Assembly (NCBI GenBank): GCA_947588895.1
Contig: CANQBF010000001.1
Location: 1-60,058, forward strand
Length of the DNA stretch: 60,058 bases
Direction: 5' to 3'
DNA from: an uncultured Bacilli bacterium
GTDB taxonomy: Bacteria; Bacillota_I; Bacilli_A; RF39; UBA660
Part shown: one piece after another, positions 46,343 through 55,547 of the stretch
Layout: the number at the start of each line of letters is the position of its first letter
How positions within the stretch are numbered: position 1 is the stretch's first letter
Position numbers and translations under genes: made by a program
Notes under the pieces: generated by a model
Told to the model about the DNA's origin: nothing
Database searches by the model: none
The model's input: only the letters and a program-made list of their open reading frames with translations

Positions 46343-47413
46343 ATGAAGAAGAAAGGAGAAAACAAAAAAATTAAATTTGTAGTTTTTTTGGTACCTTTTT
46401 TCATTATTGTTGGTCTATTTTTAATTTATTTCAATTTACCAAAAAAAGAAATTGATAAACCAAATATGGCTATTTTATTTAGTTATACTGCTAATAAAAA
46501 AGACCATTATTTTGTACATTTAAAACCTAATCCATTTTATAAAGAAGAAGTTCTTTCTGAAGGATTAGAATATGCATCTAGTGCAATAGATAAGGTTGTA
46601 GTAAATTTTGATTATAATATAAAAAGTTCTAGTAAAGCAAACTTTAATTATACTTATGATATTAAAGCAGAATTAACAGCTAAACCAAAAAACATTGAAG
46701 GCAGTAGTGATATATGGAAAAGAGATTTTGCACTTCAAAACCAAAGAACTGATCAATCATTAAATGTTGATAGTTATTCATTAAATGAAGAGGCAGAAAT
46801 AGATTATAGTTATTATGCTGATTTAGTAAGAAATTATGAATTAGATTATGGTTTAGCTATTAATGCTGTTTTAAAAGTTAAATTTAATATTGCTACAACT
46901 GTAACATTTGATAATCAATCTGAAATATATAATGATGTGATTGAATTGGATATACCAATAAACAATACAGTAACTAAATTTAGTAAAAATTATGAAGCTA
47001 ATAAAATTAAGTACATTTATGAGCAACCTAAAAATATAGTAAATGATGATAAAACTCCAAATTACTTCTTGTTAAGTATAGGAATTTCATTAGTAGTTTT
47101 AAGTATTGCATTCCTAATTTATTATTATAGTAATACAACAATTAATTATAAACAAAAATATCATAAAAATATTAATTATGTTTTAAAAGAATATGCTGAA
47201 TTAATTGTAACTGTTACAAATAAACCAAATTTAGGTAAGTTGAAAAAAATGCATTTGAATATATTAGATGATTTAATAGATGTAGCAGAACAACAACATC
47301 AAAATATTATTCACTGGGAGAAAGAAAAAGATAAAGAAAGTGATTTATATGTAATAACTAATGATTATGTATACATATTTACAGTTACTTCCAAAGAGTT
47401 AAGAGAAAAATAA
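46343..47413 (+). CDS. Bitopic membrane protein (TM, about 220-aa ectodomain, TM, about 90-aa cytoplasmic tail); possibly DUF5305-like
   Basis: 356 aa with TM1 FVVFLVPFFIIVGLFLIYF and TM2 YFLLSIGISLVVLSIAFLIYYY. It is the last gene of the cluster and is followed by a strong terminator. Confidence 0.7.
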   Translation: MKKKGENKKIKFVVFLVPFFIIVGLFLIYFNLPKKEIDKPNMAILFSYTANKKDHYFVHLKPNPFYKEEVLSEGLEYASSAIDKVVVNFDYNIKSSSKANFNYTYDIKAELTAKPKNIEGSSDIWKRDFALQNQRTDQSLNVDSYSLNEEAEIDYSYYADLVRNYELDYGLAINAVLKVKFNIATTVTFDNQSEIYNDVIELDIPINNTVTKFSKNYEANKIKYIYEQPKNIVNDDKTPNYFLLSIGISLVVLSIAFLIYYYSNTTINYKQKYHKNINYVLKEYAELIVTVTNKPNLGKLKKMHLNILDDLIDVAEQQHQNIIHWEKEKDKESDLYVITNDYVYIFTVTSKELREK

Positions 47414-47416
47414 TTG

Positions 47417-47459
47417 ACAAATAAGTTAAATAAGTTGATTTTACTTATTTGTTTTTTTT
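47417..47459 (+). terminator. Intrinsic terminator closing the SipW cluster
   Basis: ACAAATAAGT pairs with ACTTATTTGT and is followed by a T8 run. Confidence 0.75.
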
Positions 47460-47511
47460 ATGTAGAATTCTATTCTTTTTTTATTGGCATATAATTTAGT
47501 GGTGATTTATT

Positions 47512-48285
47512 TTGGAAATTAATTTGGGGGATTATGTAACAAGAAAAAGTTATAATAATGATACAGTTTTTAAAGTAATTAATATAAAAGATGGTATATA
47601 TTATTTAAAAGGTGCTGAAGTAAGATTATATGCTGATAGTGTACTAAGTGATTTAGTTAAATGTGAAAAACCAAAGGAAGAAGAAATAAAAAATGATATT
47701 AGAAGTGTCGATATAACTGATAAAGATTATTTCTTCTTACCAGCAAAGATTGTTCATTTAGATTCGGATGGTGAATTTTTAGATAAATGTTTAAAATATT
47801 ATAAAAATGCTGGAGTACATGCGATTGGTAAAAAAATAAAAGAAGAAGATATGTTTGAACAAGTAGGATTATTATTAAATGAATATAGACCTGATATATT
47901 AATAATAACGGGTCATGATGCTTATTATAAGAAAAAAGGAAATATTAAAGATAATGATAATTATAAAAATACTAAAAATTTCATAAGAGCGATTAAAGAA
48001 GCTAGAAAATATGAAAAAAGTCATGAAAAATTAGTTATTATTGCTGGTGCTTGTCAAAGTAATTATGAAGAATTAATTAAAGCTGGTGCTAATTATGCTT
48101 CTAGTCCTAAAAGAGTTAATATTCATGCTTTAGATCCAGCTATTATTGCAGTCACTATTGCCTTAACTGAAAGAAATAAAGAAATAGATTTAAAAAGTTT
48201 ATTAGAAAAAACTAAATATGGTAAAGAAGGCATGGGTGGCATTATGGGTAATGGACTTATGTATGTGGGGTATCCAAGACAATGA
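47512..48285 (+). CDS. yabG: Sporulation-specific protease YabG (peptidase U57)
   Basis: 257 aa. GDYVTRKSYNNDTVFKV, ILIITGHDAY, IIAGACQSNYEELIKAGANYASSPKRVNIHALDP closely parallel B. subtilis YabG. It has a TTG start after GGTGAT. Confidence 0.9.
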   Translation: MEINLGDYVTRKSYNNDTVFKVINIKDGIYYLKGAEVRLYADSVLSDLVKCEKPKEEEIKNDIRSVDITDKDYFFLPAKIVHLDSDGEFLDKCLKYYKNAGVHAIGKKIKEEDMFEQVGLLLNEYRPDILIITGHDAYYKKKGNIKDNDNYKNTKNFIRAIKEARKYEKSHEKLVIIAGACQSNYEELIKAGANYASSPKRVNIHALDPAIIAVTIALTERNKEIDLKSLLEKTKYGKEGMGGIMGNGLMYVGYPRQ

Positions 48286-48494
48286 ATATTGATATAGTTA
48301 AAAATAAAATAGAAAGTAATTTAAATAAAAAAGTTGTAGTTACTGTATATGGACTGCGTAATAAAATAAATAGATATGAAGGTGTGCTTTATAAAACTTA
48401 TCCTAATATTTTTACTATTTTAGAAAATGGTATAGAAAAAAGTTTTTCATATAATGACTATATAATTGGTGATGTAAAAATAAAATTTATTTAA
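48282..48494 (+). CDS. veg: Veg protein
   Basis: 70 aa. The pattern ..RYEGVLYKTYPNIFTI......SFSYNDYI matches the Veg pattern, and the gene follows yabG as in Bacillus. Confidence 0.85.
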   Translation: MNIDIVKNKIESNLNKKVVVTVYGLRNKINRYEGVLYKTYPNIFTILENGIEKSFSYNDYIIGDVKIKFI

Positions 48495-48562
48495 AAATAG
48501 TTGAAAAATATTGTTTTATGTTTTACAATTAAGATGTGAAATCAAGATAAGGAGTGATAGTA

Positions 48563-48847
48563 ATGGAAATTACAAACGTACGTGTTCACAAAATTGATAA
48601 GGAAGGGTCAAGACTTAGAGGTTACGCTACTGTAACTATTGACAATTGCTTTGTAGTTAGCAATATTAGAATTATTGAAGGAGAAAATAGATTATTTTGC
48701 GCTATGCCTAGTCGTAAAGTAAATGATGAAAAATTTGAAGATATCGTTCATCCAACTAATTCAGAAACTAGAGAAATGTTCGAATCTAAAATTTTAGAAG
48801 AATATAATAATCCAACTAATGTTGAAAAAACACAAGAAGAAGAGTAA
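48563..48847 (+). CDS. spoVG: Septation/sporulation protein SpoVG
   Basis: MEITNVRVHKIDKEGSRLRGYATVTIDNCFVV..IRIIEG...FCAMPSRK is the canonical SpoVG N-terminus. The start is after AAGGAGTGA. Confidence 0.95.
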   Translation: MEITNVRVHKIDKEGSRLRGYATVTIDNCFVVSNIRIIEGENRLFCAMPSRKVNDEKFEDIVHPTNSETREMFESKILEEYNNPTNVEKTQEEE

Positions 48848-48853
48848 TTTATA

Positions 48854-48882
48854 AAATAGTACGTTTTGTACTATTTTTTTTT
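48854..48882 (+). terminator. Intrinsic terminator after spoVG
   Basis: ATAGTAC-GTTTT-GTACTAT is followed by a T-run. Confidence 0.7.
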
Positions 48883-48912
48883 AATTTTCATATTCTTTAT
48901 TGGGAGGACTAT

Positions 48913-49203
48913 ATGGAAAGTATATTGGATACAACAAGTTATGGTAGTCATGAAATAAAGATAACTGATAGAAGTATAATAAGTTTAAGTGGTATAAATA
49001 AGATTAGTAGTTTTGATGACCAAGAATTTTTAATGGAAAGTACAATGGGTATAATTCTTCTTAAAGGAGAAGGATTAGAAATAGTAAAATTAGATACACA
49101 TGATGGGAATGTTAAAATAAAAGGAAAATTAATAAGTTTTGCATATATTGAAAATGTTAAAAAAGGAAAAGAAGAAAGTTTACTTTCTAAATTGTTTAAA
49201 TAA
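48913..49203 (+). CDS. yabP: Sporulation protein YabP
   Basis: 96 aa. The pattern HEIKITDRSIISLSGINKISSFDDQEFLMESTMGIILLKGEGLEI matches the YabP pattern. Confidence 0.88.
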   Translation: MESILDTTSYGSHEIKITDRSIISLSGINKISSFDDQEFLMESTMGIILLKGEGLEIVKLDTHDGNVKIKGKLISFAYIENVKKGKEESLLSKLFK

Positions 49204-49505
49204 TGACTAGTAATATGCAGTTATTAACATTATTTATATCTTTTTTATATGGTATATTTTTTTATTATTTAACTTGTCTTAATTTTAAATTAATAGATAA
49301 TATAAAAATTATTATAAAACATGTAATAACTTTTATATATGTATTAGATATAGCTATTATTTATATAATTATTTTATATAAATTAAATAAAGGTTATTTT
49401 CATATTTACTTTATTGGAATGGTATTTGTTGGTTTTTTTACAGGTTACATAATAAGACAAAATATACTTAGTAAAATTCATGTAAAATGCATTTTTAAAC
49501 ATTGA
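49203..49505 (+). CDS. yabQ: Spore cortex biosynthesis protein YabQ
   Basis: A 100-aa membrane protein with 3 TM helices, translationally coupled to yabP (TAATG overlap). Confidence 0.8.
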   Translation: MTSNMQLLTLFISFLYGIFFYYLTCLNFKLIDNIKIIIKHVITFIYVLDIAIIYIIILYKLNKGYFHIYFIGMVFVGFFTGYIIRQNILSKIHVKCIFKH

Positions 49506-49558
49506 AAATTAAATGGTAGTGTGGTACTCTAACAATAGAGTATAAAGGAAAGATATAA

Positions 49559-49849
49559 ATGCGAACTAAAAAGACAAATAGGGAAAGATTTCGACTTTTT
49601 TTAATTGCTACTACTATGATATGTTTAGTAGGTATTTTAGTTGTCAGTGTTTATAGTGATTGGAAAAAAATATTAGCTAATCAAAAGTTAGAAGTAGAAT
49701 TAAATCAAAAATATGAGTATTTACAAGATGAAGAAGAAAAGTTAAATGATGAAATAGATAAACTTGGTGATGATAGTTATTTAGCCAGATATGCTAAAGA
49801 AAAATATATGTTATCAAGTGAGGGAGATACTATAATTAAGATGAAATAA
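49559..49849 (+). CDS. divIC: Septum formation initiator DivIC/FtsB family
   Basis: 96 aa with an N-terminal TM helix followed by a coiled coil. It follows yabP-yabQ. Confidence 0.85.
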   Translation: MRTKKTNRERFRLFLIATTMICLVGILVVSVYSDWKKILANQKLEVELNQKYEYLQDEEEKLNDEIDKLGDDSYLARYAKEKYMLSSEGDTIIKMK

Positions 49850-49851
49850 TA

Positions 49852-49877
49852 AAAAAAGTGTTGAAAAACACTTTTTT
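49852..49877 (+). terminator. Intrinsic terminator after divIC
   Basis: AAAAAGTGTT-GAAA-AACACTTTTT. Confidence 0.75.
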
Positions 49878-49958
49878 ACATTTATTTTTCTTTATTTTAA
49901 TGTTATAATCATGTTGAATTGAGAAGTCCATCTATGGGCTTTTGGAGGTGTATCCTTT

Positions 49959-52709
49959 ATGGTCGGAGAAATATATAAATTATTAGTTACTTTATTTTTA
50001 AGGATAGATAGTATAGTATACGGAATTATAAGTGTTTTATATCAAGTATTTATTGCTGTTGCTTCGTTAAAAATGTTTAATGATGGAATATATAGTAGAA
50101 TTGAAAATATGGTATATATGATTGTGGGAGTTTTTGCCTTATTTTTAATTGCTTATAATTTATTAAAACACATGATTGATGCAGATTTATCTAAAAGTGC
50201 TACTGATGTAAAAAAGGTAGTTCTTAATTTAGTTACATCTATGTTTATGATAATGTTAATTCCTATAACTTTTAATTTATTATTTTCAGTACAAAATGCT
50301 ATTTTAAAACAAGACTTAATAGGAAAATTATTTCAGCCATATACAACGGATTTTGAAAATAGTGAGCATTTAAGTAGTTGTCTCGATTCTAGAGTTATTG
50401 TTTATCAAGAAGATAGCGATAGTTATGTACAAACTGATGATTCACAAGCAGTTAATGATGTAAAATTAAAGTGTTATGGTAATTTAGCTGCATTACAAAT
50501 GTTTCAAGGGTTCTTTTATCCTGCAATTGTAAATGATCCAGAAAATATTCAAAATTATCAAAATGGTACTAGTTTAACAAATACATTAAATGAAGCTGCG
50601 GCATCTGTTCATCCTGAAGATTCGACAGCATTAGAAAAACTTGGAAGTGCTGTTAAATGGTTATTTGAACCATTACCAATGAAAGTTTTTGATATTGTAA
50701 ACGCGTTTAGAAATTCTGATGAAAATGATAATTCTGATTTTTCATTGGCGGATGCATATGATGTTGCTGTTGCTTCTGGTGATTTTGCTATATTTGAGCT
50801 GTTTACTGAAAATGTAGAAAGCGGTGAAATTAAATATACATTCTTAGCGTCAACGATTGCTGGTGGATTTGCTTGTTATGTATTATTATTATATTGTTTA
50901 GATGTTGCTGTAAGAGCAGTAAAACTTGCGTTTTATCAAATGATTGCACCATTCCCAATAATGATGAGAGTAGTACCTAAAAAAGGAACAGAAATATTTA
51001 ATAATTGGCTCAAATGTGTAAGTACAACTTATTTTGAAATATTTTCAAGGCTTGCTATACTATATTTTGGAATGTTTTTTGTATCAAATATATTTACTTT
51101 AATGGGTGAAGGATTAAGTAGTAAGAATATTGGTTATAATTTGATGTCTGGTAGTTTATTTGGTGTAGGTGTTTGGCTTTTAGTGAAAGCTGTAATAATT
51201 TTAGGAATTTTTGCTTTTATGAAAAAACTTCCAGAATTATTAAAACAAATTGTACCATCTTCTGATAAATTCTCATTAAAATTATGGGATCATTTAAAAG
51301 ATTCATTTGCTATACCTGCAGCAATTGGCGGATTTGCTGGTGGAATGGTTGCTAGTGGTGGTAATCCATTAGCAGGAATTAGAGCAGCTGGTAAAGGTTG
51401 GAAAGATAGTTCATTAGCTGGTATTGGTGCTGAACATAAAAGACGGCTTGCAAAACTAGAAGCGGATAAAAAATCTAGAGCTGCTGGTCAATCAACTACT
51501 GAAAGAATGGCACATCGAATGTTAGAAAGAGGAAGAGGATATTTAGGACTTGATTCAGGTGTAGATGAACTTAATAGAAAGATAGATAGAGGCGAAGGGT
51601 TAAGAAAAGGTACAACAATTACTGCAATTAATGATTCAATGGATAATATACAATTATTGGATAGCGAATCTCATCATATTGGTACTATTAATCGTGGAGA
51701 TACTAGAATTTATGATAAAGATACTAAAACTAATGCTGAAACTAGTCTTGAAATGTGGAAAAGAAGACAATCTGATATTAAAGAAATTGCTAATAAATAT
51801 GATGAAACTGCTTCAGGTATGAGAGCAGTTGCTAGTAGTGCTAAAGCTTTTGATGATGTTATGGAATCCAAATTATTAAAAGGAGATTCAAAATATACAT
51901 TGCAATACTCAATGTTTAAAGATAATCAAGGAAAATATCATGTTGTTTATGGTGTAGATGAAAATGATTTCAAAAATAATTTAAGAGCAAAATTAAATGA
52001 GTTAGGTTATGCAGATGGAGACCAAAAAGATGCCTTAATTAACTCTCTATCAGAGTCAAGTTCAATAGGTAATTTAAGTACATTCCAAAATTATACGGCT
52101 GGTTTCTTAAGAAAGCATGATGGTGAAGATTTAGGTAATTCATATGATGAAATTAACCAATCTGGTACAAAAGCTATGGATGCATTAAAGAAACTTGCAG
52201 AAAGAGAATTAATATTAGGTGATGACAATGGTACTGGTAGAATGATTAAAGCTGGTCAAGGTAGTCTAAATACATTAATAAATAATATAGTTGCTGGTAA
52301 ATTATTAGAACTTCAAGCAACAAGAGATGTTGATGGTACTATTACTAGCGCTACTTTAGATAGATTAAGTAATATTCAAGTGGGTTCTTATACTTTAGAT
52401 TTAACTGCGCCTGGTTTTGAATCAAGATTACAAGCTGCTCTAAGGAATGGACAATTCACAGCTGATGAATTAATTTCAGCTTTGAAAAATTTAGAAACTG
52501 CCGCTACTAATGTTGAAACTGAAAAGACTAGTGATGCTGGTAAGATTAATCAAAGATTAAATGAAGCAGATTCTCAAGTTAAAGCTCATACAAGATTCAT
52601 TGAAACTGGTAATAAAGCTATTGATATTGAAAAAAGAGGAAATGTATATACTGCACAACAAGCTACCACGGATTATATTAATAAAACAAAAGGCGGTAAT
52701 AGTCAATGA
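49959..52709 (+). CDS. Large polytopic membrane protein (916 aa) with an extracytoplasmic loop of about 180 aa and an alpha-helical C-terminal domain of about 450 aa; function unknown
   Basis: It has a GGAGGTG RBS and about 8 predicted TM helices. The helix-rich segment VAVRAVKLAFYQMIAPFPIMM is followed by a Gly-rich TM helix (IGGFAGGMVASGG). The soluble parts are visibly less K/N/I-biased than neighbouring genes. Confidence 0.8.
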   Translation: MVGEIYKLLVTLFLRIDSIVYGIISVLYQVFIAVASLKMFNDGIYSRIENMVYMIVGVFALFLIAYNLLKHMIDADLSKSATDVKKVVLNLVTSMFMIMLIPITFNLLFSVQNAILKQDLIGKLFQPYTTDFENSEHLSSCLDSRVIVYQEDSDSYVQTDDSQAVNDVKLKCYGNLAALQMFQGFFYPAIVNDPENIQNYQNGTSLTNTLNEAAASVHPEDSTALEKLGSAVKWLFEPLPMKVFDIVNAFRNSDENDNSDFSLADAYDVAVASGDFAIFELFTENVESGEIKYTFLASTIAGGFACYVLLLYCLDVAVRAVKLAFYQMIAPFPIMMRVVPKKGTEIFNNWLKCVSTTYFEIFSRLAILYFGMFFVSNIFTLMGEGLSSKNIGYNLMSGSLFGVGVWLLVKAVIILGIFAFMKKLPELLKQIVPSSDKFSLKLWDHLKDSFAIPAAIGGFAGGMVASGGNPLAGIRAAGKGWKDSSLAGIGAEHKRRLAKLEADKKSRAAGQSTTERMAHRMLERGRGYLGLDSGVDELNRKIDRGEGLRKGTTITAINDSMDNIQLLDSESHHIGTINRGDTRIYDKDTKTNAETSLEMWKRRQSDIKEIANKYDETASGMRAVASSAKAFDDVMESKLLKGDSKYTLQYSMFKDNQGKYHVVYGVDENDFKNNLRAKLNELGYADGDQKDALINSLSESSSIGNLSTFQNYTAGFLRKHDGEDLGNSYDEINQSGTKAMDALKKLAERELILGDDNGTGRMIKAGQGSLNTLINNIVAGKLLELQATRDVDGTITSATLDRLSNIQVGSYTLDLTAPGFESRLQAALRNGQFTADELISALKNLETAATNVETEKTSDAGKINQRLNEADSQVKAHTRFIETGNKAIDIEKRGNVYTAQQATTDYINKTKGGNSQ

Positions 52710-53050
52710 TTTTCTTTCTAATATTTATCATATCTTTTGTTATATATTTTCTAGTAGATTATATTATATTAAAACATTCTAAAAAGTTACAAATAAATGA
52801 ATTTAAATATTTAAAGAAAAGATTTAAATATTCCAAGAAATTTGAAGAAACAAATAAAATAAAAGTGACTTGTAGTTTATTAAATGCATTAATTATGAGT
52901 GTTGTATGTACGGTAATGGTATATTGTAATTTTAAAGTTTATATATCATTACCTCTTGCATTTGTTTTATTAATATTACTTATATATAGTGTTTATGGTA
53001 TATATGGTAATATATTAAAAAAGGTTGATGAAAATGAAAAAAATAAATAA
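52706..53050 (+). CDS. Small membrane protein (114 aa, about 3 TM)
   Basis: Its start overlaps the stop of the 916-aa gene (ATGA), which suggests translational coupling. Confidence 0.65.
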   Translation: MIFFLIFIISFVIYFLVDYIILKHSKKLQINEFKYLKKRFKYSKKFEETNKIKVTCSLLNALIMSVVCTVMVYCNFKVYISLPLAFVLLILLIYSVYGIYGNILKKVDENEKNK

Positions 53051-53225
53051 AAAGGAAAAAACAATATCAACTAAAAAAAGTTTAATCGAATCATCATTAT
53101 TCTTCGTTTTCTTTTTAATACTAATAGTTATTTATCCTAGTTTGGGTGGTTTTATCTTTTTATTATTTAGTGGAATATTGATGTTAATATTTGCAATAAG
53201 ATATATAAATGAAAATAAGGACTAA
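53025..53225 (+). CDS. Small membrane protein (66 aa, 2 TM)
   Basis: It overlaps the preceding gene and is the last gene before a bidirectional terminator. Confidence 0.55.
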   Translation: MMKMKKINKKEKTISTKKSLIESSLFFVFFLILIVIYPSLGGFIFLLFSGILMLIFAIRYINENKD

Positions 53226-53240
53226 CGCAGTCCTTATTTT
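53217..53240. terminator. Bidirectional terminator hairpin between convergent genes
   Basis: AAGGACT-AACGC-AGTCCTT spans both stop codons (53223..53225 and 53234..53236). Confidence 0.6.
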
Positions 53241-53806
53241 ATTATTTCATCAATTAAACCATAATCTAATGCTTCTGAAGCGTCCATAAAATTATCTCGC
53301 TCAGTATCATTTTCAATTGTTTTTAAGTCTTTTCCTGTTACATTAGATAAAATAGAATTTAATTTATTTTTAATTTTTATAATTCTTTCTGCTGCTATTT
53401 TAATGTCAGTAGCTTGACCTTGAGTACCTCCAAGTGGTTGATGAATCATTATTTCAGAATTGGGTAAACTACATCTTTTACCTTTTGTACCATTTGCTAA
53501 TAAGAATGCTCCCATACTTGCAGCAAGACCAATACAAATAGTTCTAACATCACTTTTAATATAATTCATTGTGTCATAAATTGCCATGCCACTTGTTATA
53601 CTTCCACCGGGTGAATTAATATATAAATATATTTCATTATGATTTAAACTATCTAAATATAGTAATTCTGATACAACAATACTGGCTAAATTATCATTAA
53701 TTTCGCCATTGACAAAAACTATACGATCATTTAATAACCTAGAGTATAAATCATAAGCATATTCTTTATTACTGCTTTTTTCAATAACTGTTGGAATTAT
53801 ATTCAT
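53234..53806 (-). CDS. clpP: ATP-dependent Clp protease proteolytic subunit
   Basis: 190 aa with the catalytic Ser context [11 protein letters not shown], a His in MIHQP and the conserved ClpP core. Confidence 0.96.
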   Translation of the reverse strand: MNIIPTVIEKSSNKEYAYDLYSRLLNDRIVFVNGEINDNLASIVVSELLYLDSLNHNEIYLYINSPGGSITSGMAIYDTMNYIKSDVRTICIGLAASMGAFLLANGTKGKRCSLPNSEIMIHQPLGGTQGQATDIKIAAERIIKIKNKLNSILSNVTGKDLKTIENDTERDNFMDASEALDYGLIDEIIK

Positions 53807-53900
53807 TTTCTCACCTATAATTATAATATAAAAAATAGTAAGTTTTTATTCAAAAAATGTAAAAAATATGATACAATTTTTATGGTAAAGGGTTGGCTGT

Positions 53901-55547
53901 ATGGAAAACATTATAATTACACTTACAAATGGTGCAAAAAATGAATTTGTTAAGAATACAACTTACTATGAAATTAGTAAGGAGTTTGGCTTGGGAAAAG
54001 AAATTTTAGGTGCTAAAGTTAATAACCAATTTGTTCCTTTAAATAAAAAGGCTACAACAAGTGAAATCGTTCAATTTGTAGACGTAACAGATGTTACCGG
54101 TAATAAGGTTTATAAAAGTGGGTTGAAATTTATTTTTGAAGTAGCTTTAAAAGAAGTATTTCCTACTTTAGAAATTACTTATCAACATAGTGTTCCAAAA
54201 GGTTTTCTTGGAGAAATTATTGGCGATAAAATGATTACTCAAGAAGATTTAAAAAAGATTAAAGTGGTAATGAATAAAATAATTGATGAAGATATACCAA
54301 TTAAAAAGTTTACTGTAAAAAATAAAGAAGCAATTGATTTTTATAAAGAAAGAAATGGCTTAGAAAAAGCTTTAAATATTCAAAATATTTCAGACTCAGT
54401 TGTTACTTTATATGAGCTTAGAGGTAGATATAATTATTTTTATTCAGATATGCCTTATTCAACTGGTAGTATAAAAGATTATGATATTGTTTTTTTAGGA
54501 AGAAATAGAGTTGTATTTGTTGTGCCTAGTAAAGAAACTAATGGGGAATTACCGGAATATGTTCATTATGATAATATTATTAATTCATTTTTAGTTGGTA
54601 AGACATGGCTTGAAACATTAGATATGCAATATGTTACAAGTATTAATCAAACTATTGGAAGTGGCAAGATAAAAGAATTTATAAAATCTTGTGAATTAGT
54701 ATTTAATATGAATATTTCTAAAGTAGTTGATGATATTAGTAATAATAGGAATATTAAATTTGTTTTGATTGCTGGACCTTCTTCTAGTGGTAAAACTACT
54801 ACCACAAAAAGATTATCACAATATTTTTTAGCTAAAGGGTTTGACCCAATATGTTTATCTATTGATGATTACTTTTTAGAAAGAGTAGATTCACCAAGAG
54901 ATGAATATGGTAATTATAATTTTGAATGTTTAGCAGCTATAGATATTAAATTATTTAATAAAGTATTAAAAGGATTATTAAATAATGAAGACGTATCATT
55001 ACCAACATATAATTTTGTAACTGGTAAAAAAGAATATAATAATCAAGTTGTTCATTTAAAAGAAAATAGTATTATATTAATTGAAGGATTACATGCTTTA
55101 AATGATGAATTATTACCAGAGATTGATAATAAATTAAAATATAAAATATATTTAAGTCCGTTTATACCTCTTAATATAGATAAACATAATTATATTTCAA
55201 CCATTGATTTAAGATTAATAAGAAGAATAATAAGAGATAATCGAACAAGAAATATATCGGTTAATGAAACCATTGATTTATGGCAGAGCGTTAGAAAGGG
55301 TGAAGAATTATATATATTCCCATTTATTCATCAAGCTGATACCATAATTAATACAGCTTTACCATATGAACTAGGGGTTTTAAAAGTGTATATTGAACCA
55401 CTTTTAAGAAGTGTTAATATTGATAGTGATTATTATGAAGAAGCTAAAAGATTATTAAGCTTTTTAAAAGTGTTTTATCCAATAACAAGTGAATACGTTA
55501 ATAAAGATTCGATACTAAGAGAATTTATAGGAGGAAATGATGATTAG
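53901..55547 (+). CDS. Fusion protein: ThrRS-like TGS/second-additional-domain N-terminus + uridine/nucleoside kinase domain
   Basis: 548 aa with a P-loop (AGPSSSGKTTT) in the C-terminal half. The N-terminal roughly 250 aa show the TGS-SAD pattern known from clostridial udk-like proteins. Confidence 0.75.
   Translation: MENIIITLTNGAKNEFVKNTTYYEISKEFGLGKEILGAKVNNQFVPLNKKATTSEIVQFVDVTDVTGNKVYKSGLKFIFEVALKEVFPTLEITYQHSVPKGFLGEIIGDKMITQEDLKKIKVVMNKIIDEDIPIKKFTVKNKEAIDFYKERNGLEKALNIQNISDSVVTLYELRGRYNYFYSDMPYSTGSIKDYDIVFLGRNRVVFVVPSKETNGELPEYVHYDNIINSFLVGKTWLETLDMQYVTSINQTIGSGKIKEFIKSCELVFNMNISKVVDDISNNRNIKFVLIAGPSSSGKTTTTKRLSQYFLAKGFDPICLSIDDYFLERVDSPRDEYGNYNFECLAAIDIKLFNKVLKGLLNNEDVSLPTYNFVTGKKEYNNQVVHLKENSIILIEGLHALNDELLPEIDNKLKYKIYLSPFIPLNIDKHNYISTIDLRLIRRIIRDNRTRNISVNETIDLWQSVRKGEELYIFPFIHQADTIINTALPYELGVLKVYIEPLLRSVNIDSDYYEEAKRLLSFLKVFYPITSEYVNKDSILREFIGGNDD

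Noticed and set aside
49959-52709. The 916-aa polytopic protein after divIC as SpoIIE
   Set aside because: The size, N-terminal TM block and genomic neighbourhood fit. However, the C-terminal half has no PP2C phosphatase motifs, such as paired metal-binding Asp motifs of the xxDGxG type.
53807-53900. CtsR operator (GGTCAAA direct repeat) upstream of clpP
   Set aside because: No GGTCAAA or TTTGACC heptad is present in the clpP upstream region.
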